Below are positions 53,601 through 64,000 of a DNA stretch of 64,000 nt, in pieces. Source of the DNA: Xylographa opegraphella. Lineage: Eukaryota. Both the position numbers and the translations under genes were made by a program. Below the pieces are notes generated by a model. The model searched no databases, was not told the DNA's origin, and worked only from the letters and a program-made list of their open reading frames with translations. How positions within the stretch are numbered: position 1 is the stretch's first letter; each line of letters opens with the position of its first letter. The DNA is taken from positions 558,001 through 622,000 of the forward strand of contig JALDZX010000006.1 in NCBI GenBank assembly GCA_022813865.1, in the 5' to 3' direction.

Positions 53601-54483
53601 GCGGCTTTCTGCTATGTGGCCACTAGAGGGACGAGGTCGAGTCTTTTCAGCAACTATCACTTCAGCATCAGGATCAAGCTTTGCAAAGGGGGCTGAGGAA
53701 GGTAGGGGTGGTGTGAGTGAGGTTATAATAATGTTTGCTGTAGATGTGGGTGATAGATGTAACGTTAGTGGATGAGCTTGTTGTAGTTGAGTAGGTGGTG
53801 TGCCTGTAAAAGAGGGATTCGGTAATGCTCTTATTTGAGCGACCAGATTCACTTCCAAGAAGGTTGCATGGAGCTCGATGACTGTTCAAGGTTAGGGGGC
53901 CACATAAACCCGCAGCCAAGGGGCATACTCACTTTCCCAGTCAGCGGGGGTAAGAGGCTCAATGTTGACAGTGTGCGCCAGTGGGGGATCAAGATGCATA
54001 AGAATGCCGACCTGTGTAGAGATCAGCCCCAGCCCTGACATGTTTCCCGAACCGGCTGACCTTTTGACCCTCGGCAAGCCCAAGCATTTGTCCAAAAGTT
54101 GCATCTACCTCTACGACCCCTGTATCTTGCTCTCTGGATGACGCATTTCTCGTCTGCGCTCTCGCCATTGAAGTCTTAGCTCTTCTGTGACTCGCCATAC
54201 CGGTCCACCCAACGAATGCGCATCGCGGAGCATTTGGGACATTGGAGCTCTTTGTGGATGAGACATTTGGACGATATTGGAGCTCGACGATGACGTTTTG
54301 AACTACCTTACTCGGATTAGTAAGGAATGCACAGTTATATAGAATAAAGCTCATTGAGAATTGCTGTCCTACAGTATTTGCATTGACCAGTGCGGTGACA
54401 AGTGCAGCCGGAAGATTGACCAAACAATTCCGAAGCTGCACAAAGCCAACTTCAGCAGCGGTGACAGATCTCTTCGGAGCCAT
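50604..54483 (-). CDS. PEX1: Peroxisomal AAA+ ATPase Pex1, about three 5' introns
   Basis: LRNCLVNLP N-terminus, IEPLTPADWE, D1 GGLGSGKT, D2 [44 protein letters not shown]. Confidence 0.97.
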
Positions 54484-54610
54484 CTTAATGAAGGCAGCAC
54501 CAGACGTTTGTAGAAAACTAGTAATCCCATATCAAGTGGACATGAGGTAGAGTACGGTGCCGGAGCTATGTTTTCCCATAGTGAAACACGTACTAGGATA
54601 CGTACAAGGA

Positions 54611-54623
54611 TTCGCGTCGCGTC
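54611..54623. promoter_or_regulatory. Double MCB-like element (TTCGCGTCGCGTC) in the PEX1/MCM7 divergent promoter
   Basis: Tandem CGCG cores about 150 nt upstream of the MCM7 ATG. Confidence 0.55.
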
Positions 54624-54766
54624 TACCGAATCTTTGAATCCAATCTAGCTCAACGCAGCCGGCTTCACAGCGACAATATCTTTGCAGCGGTGCCTGAGAT
54701 CCATATACGAAGTATTTTTGCGCAATACCTTCAGTAATAAGCTTTATTATTCTCTGTACAAGAGCA

Positions 54767-57431
54767 ATGGCGCTGCCGACAGCCCGCCCACCAGTGGATT
54801 ACCAGCTCCAGCAGCGTAGGTCCATTCTCGCCTGCACACACTGAATAAACCTAATCTCTCATCATAGCTGCATTTGAAGACTTTTTGTCAAGTTTCAAGT
54901 CTTCAGCCTCAGCCTCAGAATTATCCGCCACAAATGCGCTGCAAAGTCTCAACATTGAAGAAGATCACCTGAGCGATGAGTACGATTTTATGGACGATGC
55001 CGCAGATGGAGCCGTGCCTACAAGGTCATCTCAGCGAAGGGGTGCAGACCGTGAACCTAAAAGGAAGTACATGGGGATTCTGCAAAAAGTAGCAGATCGA
55101 CAGACGTCAGAGATATGTATAGAGCTCGATGATCTTGATATCGTCTGTCTCGCTGCCGCGTTTCTCATGGTGTTGACTGACTCTTCAGTAGTACGAGAAA
55201 AGCCTTGGCGACGACGAAGGATTGAAGCTTGTAGAATCCATCGAGCGAAATGCGAAGCATTACGTCGAATTGCTCTCACAAGCTGTCGACAAAGTTATGC
55301 CAAAAGAAACACAGGAAATCTCGTGAGCTGACTTGTGGAGAATACTTTGTATAAAAAGTGCTAACTTCAAAAAGTTTCAAGGATGATGTGCTGGACATCA
55401 TCATGTCTCAGCGGGAGAGAAGAAATGCGACGATGATTTTGGCTGCCGACAATGACCTCGATCCATCTCTCCCGTCCTCAATCTTTCCCGCTGAGTTGAC
55501 CCGCCGTTATACCCTTACCTTCAAGCCGATGACACCCTCAGGGTCCAGCACTGACCGCAACTCAAAGGCGTTGGCCGTCCGAAATGTAAAAGGAGAGCAC
55601 TTGGGCCATCTGATCACGGTACGAGGCATAACAACTCGGGTATCTGATGTCAAGCCTGCTGTTCAAGTGAATGCTTACACTTGTGATCGATGTGGCTGTG
55701 AAATATTCCAGCCTGTGACCGCGAAGCAATTTACGCCAATGGTCGAGTGCCCCTCTGATGATTGTAAGAATAATAACTCGAAGGGTCAGCTATTTCTATC
55801 GACCAGAGCGTCCAAGTTCCTACCATTCCAGGAAGTGAAGATACAGGAAATGGCTGACCAAGTACCTGTTGGTCACATCCCTCGAATGCTCACAGTTCAT
55901 TGTTATGGGACATTAACTAGGCAAGTTAACCCAGGAGATATTGTTGACATTGCCGGGATCTTTCTCCCCACGCCATACACCGGTTTCAAGGCCATACGCG
56001 CTGGCCTTCTCACAGATACATATCTTGAAGCTCAGCATGTAAATCAGCACAAGAAAGCGTACGATGATCTTGTTGTAGATGCAAAAACTTTCCGGCGCAT
56101 AGAACAATACAAGAACTCCGGACACATGTATGAGTATCTATCTCGGTCGATCGCACCCGAGATCTACGGACATCTGGACGTAAAAAAGGCTCTCCTATTG
56201 CTCCTCATCGGTGGTGTGACCAAAGAGATGGGTGACGGGATGCGAATCCGTGGGGATATCAATATATGTCTCATGGGCGATCCCGGTGTAGCAAAATCGC
56301 AACTGCTCAAATACATCACGAAAGTCGCACCGAGAGGCGTATACACCACCGGTCGTGGTAGTAGTGGTGTTGGTCTCACTGCTGCTGTCATGCGTGATCC
56401 TGTCACAGACGAAATGGTACTTGAAGGAGGAGCTCTCGTGCTTGCAGATAACGGTATCTGTTGTATCGACGAGTTCGACAAGATGGATGACGGAGACCGT
56501 ACCGCAATCCACGAAGTGATGGAACAACAGACAATCTCAATCTCAAAAGCTGGGATAACAACCTCGCTCAACGCCCGCACATCCATCTTGGCTGCAGCAA
56601 ATCCACTGTACGGCCGCTATAACCCCCGGATTTCTCCTGTCGAGAACATCAATCTCCCTGCAGCTCTTCTCTCTCGTTTCGATGTCCTCTTCCTAATGCT
56701 CGATCAACCCTCTCGGGACGCAGACGAAGAGCTTGCACAGCATGTCACTTATGTCCACATGAACAACAAACACCCAGACACTGAAGGCATAGTGTTCACT
56801 CCTCACGAAGTCCGTCAATATATTGCCCAGGCCCGCAGCTGGCGCCCCACTGTTCCAAAAGATGTATCTGAATACATGGTCGGAGCTTACGTCCGCATGC
56901 GGCAGCAGCAGAAACGCGATGAGGGCGGAAAGAAGCAGTTCACGCACACATCGCCTCGTACGCTGCTAGGTATCCTCCGTCTATCACAAGCCCTCGCGCG
57001 GCTACGGTTCTCAGCGCAAGTAGTGACCGATGATGTGGACGAAGCGCTACGGTTGATTGAAGTCAGCAAATCGAGCCTCTACAATGAAAGTCGGGCTGGA
57101 GGCGACCAAAGCCCTAGCTCAAAGATTTATAACCTGATTCGAGCGATGAAAGACAGTGGGGCTGCAGCCGTAGGAGATGGTAGCAGAGGGGAGCTTAGCA
57201 TCAAGAAAGTGAGGGAGAGGATCATTGCCAAGGGGTTCACGCAGGACCAATTTAGCCAGGCGTTGGATGAGTATGCGATGCTGGATGTAAGTTTTTGTGT
57301 CGACATTTTAGCGGAATCAGTGCTGACATGTGCTTCTATAGGTATGGCAAACAGCTGCGGAGGGTACCCGGCTTGTATTTATTGAAGGTGATGAGGATAT
57401 GGACATGGATGACGGTGATGATATGTTTTGA
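54767..57431 (+). CDS. MCM7: DNA replication licensing factor Mcm7, about four introns
   Basis: [15 protein letters not shown] zinc finger, [55 protein letters not shown]. Confidence 0.97.
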
Positions 57432-57699
57432 TATTTTAGATTGATGACGTTGTTCCTGTTTTGAGTAACGTATTCCACCGCGGCACTCTGACGATAGACG
57501 ATACTGCTGTAAGTGCTGCGAGCCTTCCGAGTTAGAACAGTATACTAGGATCTCGTATCCATCTGGACAAGTGAACAAGTCTGCCCGCGAAGTTCTTCTA
57601 TGCCCAAGAATACCATTAGATTTTCCTATGCTCTTCAAATGCCGTGATAACAACCTTCTCCCACAGAGTACTAAACAAGCTCAGATGATCGTAAGTCCC

Positions 57700-58643
57700 A
57701 GCCCCAAGCAAATAGCGAAACGGCCAAATTTGAGTAGTGGAAAGGCTGCGTCTTCCACTTCCATGCGTTTTGTCGAGCATACCGTGGTATTATCCCCGAC
57801 TCGGACTAACATTTCATCAACGAACTCTGTAATTCAGCTCACCTCTGCGTCACCGCACGGATTGCAAATCGCCATCACCATCGCCGAGCTCATTGCATAC
57901 CGATAGTGCACTTTGTGGATCAGCTTGGTGGAGAGTGGCGAAGCCGCTAGGTTCTTAGAGCAAACAACCGTTGACCATAGGCTCCGAGAGGAAAGCTGGA
58001 TTGCAGCGTGAAGGACGGTTCCTACGCACTGTTGCTCTGCATCCATCTTTACATCAATGAAGGTGCGAAGGTTAGGACCTATCAAGCCAGATATCAATTG
58101 GGCCAGCAGTACCTGTGAATCTCATGAGCATCTCTTTACTATCGTCAGCTATATAGTCTCCTGTCCCGAATTTGAATCGGTAATTGAAAACCCCAACTGC
58201 GGTTTTTCAATATGAAAAGAGACTTCCGCAGTATAACCCGCTTTGCTCGTGTAAGCCAGACTTCCGGTAGCCCACTATCGAAGTCCTTCTTGATTTCGCT
58301 TGTAAAAGTTCCAGCTTGGCCCTTCAGTACAAGTAGCTTCTTCTCCACTTCGTGTTGATCAGAGGTTTTGACATCACGGTACGTGTCAAGCAGACCCAAG
58401 CTGCTCGAAAAGGAGACTGTATAATCTTGACGTTTTCAGTTCCATGAAGTTTGGCATGCAATGTTTACTGTAAGTATGGACCCATCGCTTCTTCTTCTTC
58501 TTCTTCGTCTTCTTCTTCTGGCTAAGTCCAAGTGGTGGCTGCATAGGACCCGCATAGCTGCGGAGGATGAATAGCGGAATGAAATGATCGTGTTCCAGCC
58601 TTTCAGGCTTTGGTCGAGCTGCTGGAGTCGACGAAGTGGCCAT
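57700..58643 (-). pseudogene. Decayed DUF4238-family gene
   Basis: HDHFIPLFILRSY near the N-terminus, then frameshifted GLLDTYRD..QHEVEKKL..KKDFDSG..VWLTR..LRKSLFILK and NLRTFIDVKMDAE fragments; no continuous ORF. Confidence 0.7.
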
Positions 58644-60050
58644 AAGCCAACAAATCTACTATACTGAAAGTCTCAGACATACAACAAGGACGATGCTGCT
58701 GTATTCAATGACGGATAGATAATCGGATGTTGCGCGAGGCTGCAGCAAACCCATTGTCACTCCGGCGGTTTTACCGAACATCTCACGAGCTCTGCCGATA
58801 ATATTGACGCTGGCCCGTCAAGCAACGAGCTATCTAGACTATATGTGACCACCGAATACCGCAGGCTGCAGGCCCGGTAAATCTATGTGTGAGATGAAAA
58901 CATAACTCGGATGATGGATTTCTGGTATAGAGCACGAGTGAACAGCCTCATTTATTAGCCGGACACGGTTAGGCTCAACCGGGCCAAGACATTCCCTGGC
59001 CGACCCCCATGGAATACTAATAAGTGCTCAGACACGTCTCCCAAATCGGGTTGAGGACTCCGCTGCTAGTCCTTCGTAATCACTTCATGTCTACGTATGC
59101 GAGTGGCCCCCATATGCCAATGCATCCAATTCAAATATCTGAGTAGGGGAGTCCCGGCAGTCACCAATGTGAGACTAGAATGTCGCAGACTTTTTGTAGA
59201 AAATTAGTGGATAACTATCCATCTGAGCGTCCAGCGAGTGCAAAGTAATTCCCAAAGCGTAGACGCTTCGTTTTGAGACCTTGACTAAGTTCATCGGTAG
59301 ACGATCCGAGCGAAGTACGTGGACCGTCAAGCGCGTTTCTCTAATATCGAAGCTGTCGCATGCAAATCCTACAACAGTCATGAGGACTCCACACGCAACT
59401 GCGCTGCATCTTGCCCCAGGAAACGCCGTTGGTCTGCTTCCCCGTCTATCGCCGCGAGATGAAATAATCTCTAAATCATCGCTACCACAACAGATATGCC
59501 CTCTTGTGCTGCGGACCAACTGGGTGGCCACATATGGCAGACCGTAGCTTTTTATGTGAAAAGACCCCGGGCTTACCGACAAAACAAATGGCGCAACGTA
59601 TGAAAATCTATCTGAGTGCGAAAATTAGTCGTCGAAATGCCAGAAACCGATGACAATGCCACCGTAGTGAGATGTCGCTGATACAGCTCATTTATTCGGA
59701 TGAGGGGGTATCAAAGTCGTCTCGTCTCGCACCAAATCCGAAGTTGAGCTGGATAAGCAGAACCCAAGACGCGATGAGACCGAAGACACAAGCCAACGCT
59801 ATCTATGGCATCATTTCTCGCAAATAGAATTCGTCGCCTCATTTTGTCATCCGGTGCTGTCGATGAAGCATTAGTAGTTCCAGTATCCCAAGCCAGGATT
59901 GTAAAGGGCTTCTGCAGAAAAAGATGCAAAAGCAAAAATCAGAAAGTGCTCGTTACCGTTCAAGTGAATGTCATCGACTCCGTTAGAGAATACTGGCGAA
60001 CGGATCCAGTCCCTAACCGTGTACTGAAGACGGTACAGTCACAACATAAA

Positions 60051-62277
<2,227 letters not shown>

Positions 62278-62988
62278 TTAGATTGGATTGTCAGCTTTCA
62301 AGACTTCACTCAAGATATCACTCTGATAAGGCCCACTCCGTCCAGATAAGATCCAATACTGCGTGGTGAGAAGCTTGCAAGGTGAGATGACCTTTCTCGA
62401 TATCTGGGAATTCCAGACGCTTTCGAAGAGTCTAAAAACCGAGCAACAGTATCGAAGTAAGATGAAATCGAAGTAAGAAGAATGAGTGTCCTTGCTCTTC
62501 TATATCTGCAGGCAGATATGAAGACGAGGAGGGTATGAAGCGGAATGAGTATGAGAGCAAACAATCTGCTAGACCGTGCCCTTGAGTTGTTGATGTGTGT
62601 GTGTGTCGTAAGGTTGGGTAGTGAATCTCAGAAGTTTTTTTCGGAGTTTCTGGATGAACTACTGTTAGCGGACGGGAAATAGTCACTTCTCGCTTATCCG
62701 CCCGGTGAATGTGGCTAACAACCGACTAGCGGGACTTAAGGGGACCGTAGAGGCAAAAGGGGCAAAATGTAAATCCTTCTTAGGGAGTGCATTGGTCTTG
62801 CTGCGCTGCCTTTTCAATGTTGAGTTTACCCATATATGGATCACTGATTATTACAGAAGGGACCATGCGTCAAGTCCGTACACGAACTCGATCCTGGGCA
62901 GTCTTGGCAAAAGTTGTCAATCGAGTACAATGTACAAGAAGATTATTAAAGATGACACCCGATGGTTCATTGATGTTATGAATTAATG

Positions 62989-63221
62989 TTATGCTGGAAA
63001 ATTCTCTGCCGGATTACCAGCTCTGCTCCTCATCTTGAAGTAGATAGCGATGACACCAACAACAACCCCGAAAAAGGTAACCTTTTGTAATACCTTCCCA
63101 CCATCACTTGGAGTGATCGGGGCATCTTCGAGAACAACATGCTCGGCTTCTTTAAGTGCGTTCGGCTTTGTTACGTCCAGTTCGTCACCATCGATGGCTG
63201 GAAGAACCGTTCCTTCAAGAT
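62989..63221 (-). CDS. Putative alternative last exon of cyclophilin B encoding an acidic linker, TM helix and basic tail
   Basis: In frame after G|GTATTC donor (63305) and GCTGAT...ATAAG acceptor (63222); encodes ...KVTFFGVVVGVIAIYFKMRSR...FPA*. Confidence 0.7.
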
Positions 63222-63285
63222 CTTATGGAAGTATCAGCGATTCAAAAGCTCACGAAGGACGCGGCAAAGTATGAAGCGAGCCGAC

Positions 63286-64000
63286 CTAAAGCTCTGCCCG
63301 AATACCTTCTTCGATCGGTAGCTCTCCACTCTTAGCGATCTTCACTGTTTTTACCGGCTTGTCTCCCCTAGCTGTCTCTACATTCTCGACAATCTCAACA
63401 AATTCGTAGCCTTCCATCACCTCTCCGAATACTACGTGCTTTCCGTCAAGGTGACTGCAAGACTTCATTAATGCAAGAGTAGAAGCAGATTTGTGGGTAA
63501 GAACTTACGGGGTTGGAACAGTGGTGATGAAGAACTGGGATCCATTGGTGTCCTTTCCGGAATTGGCCATGCTCATTGTTCCCTTTTTGCTATGCTTTAA
63601 TTTGAAGTTCTCGTCAGGGAATTTGGCGCCGTAGATAGACTTCCCTCCAGTGCCTAAAGAATGTCAATCACTCACATTCGTTGAACTTGGGGGCTTCTTG
63701 CCTACTGACCGTCACCCATAGTAAAGTCTCCACCCTGGATCATGAACCTCTTGATCACACGGTGAAAGGTCGAGCCTTCATAGCCGAATCCTTTTTCCCC
63801 TGTGCATAGCGCACGGAAGTTCTCCGCCGTCTTGGGTGTCGTCTTGCCATAAAGGCCAATGACAACTCGTCCTAAAGGCTCATCGCCATGAGTCAGATCG
63901 AAGTAGACCTGTAATGACAATGAGTAAAGGATTTCCGTCTCGAGTTCATTTCTCATACCTTGCTTGTAATCTTGGGTCCTTTCGTAGCTTCGGATGTCTG
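63286..64000 (-). CDS. cypB: Cyclophilin B (ER peptidyl-prolyl isomerase), 5' end outside window; introns 63958-63909, 63709-63654, 63508-63455
   Basis: [71 protein letters not shown]; ends IRAEL (HDEL-like). Confidence 0.93.

Noticed and set aside
59050..59580. RNase MRP-like words (TGAGGACTC, TAGGGGAGTCCCGG, CCCCGGGCTTAC)
   Set aside because: The CR-I GAAAGUCCCC and CR-V ACnnnAnGGGGCUnA patterns are not properly matched and I could not build P4; a cmsearch would settle it

Overview
Gene-dense chromosome segment of a filamentous ascomycete (Pezizomycotina-type short GT-AG introns with CTRAY branch points). About 20 intron-containing protein genes can be reconstructed, mostly core eukaryotic functions: SMP-30/regucalcin-like lactonase, a bZIP factor, amidase, SDR, SWP1, a DUF3020 protein, a J-domain protein, KIN28/CDK7, kinesin-7 (KipA/Kip2), an MFS sugar porter, IES1, INSIG, ADE16/17, clathrin heavy chain, PEX1, MCM7, DED1 and cyclophilin B (5' end outside the window). 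Two decayed pseudogenes (carboxylesterase, DUF4238) sit between core genes. I found no transposon, tRNA, rRNA or CRISPR. Most notable: (i) an unannotated structured, intron-like non-coding element at about 40.1-40.4 kb carrying four back-to-back segments antisense to 18S rRNA (atypical snoRNA candidate); (ii) a hidden alternative last exon that would switch cyclophilin B from a soluble RAEL-ending form to a membrane-anchored form; (iii) a uORF/non-AUG-extension architecture on the bZIP gene; (iv) GC-rich, microsatellite-rich islands that cut across coding sequences. All calls come from reading the sequence and remembered family motifs; no database search was run.
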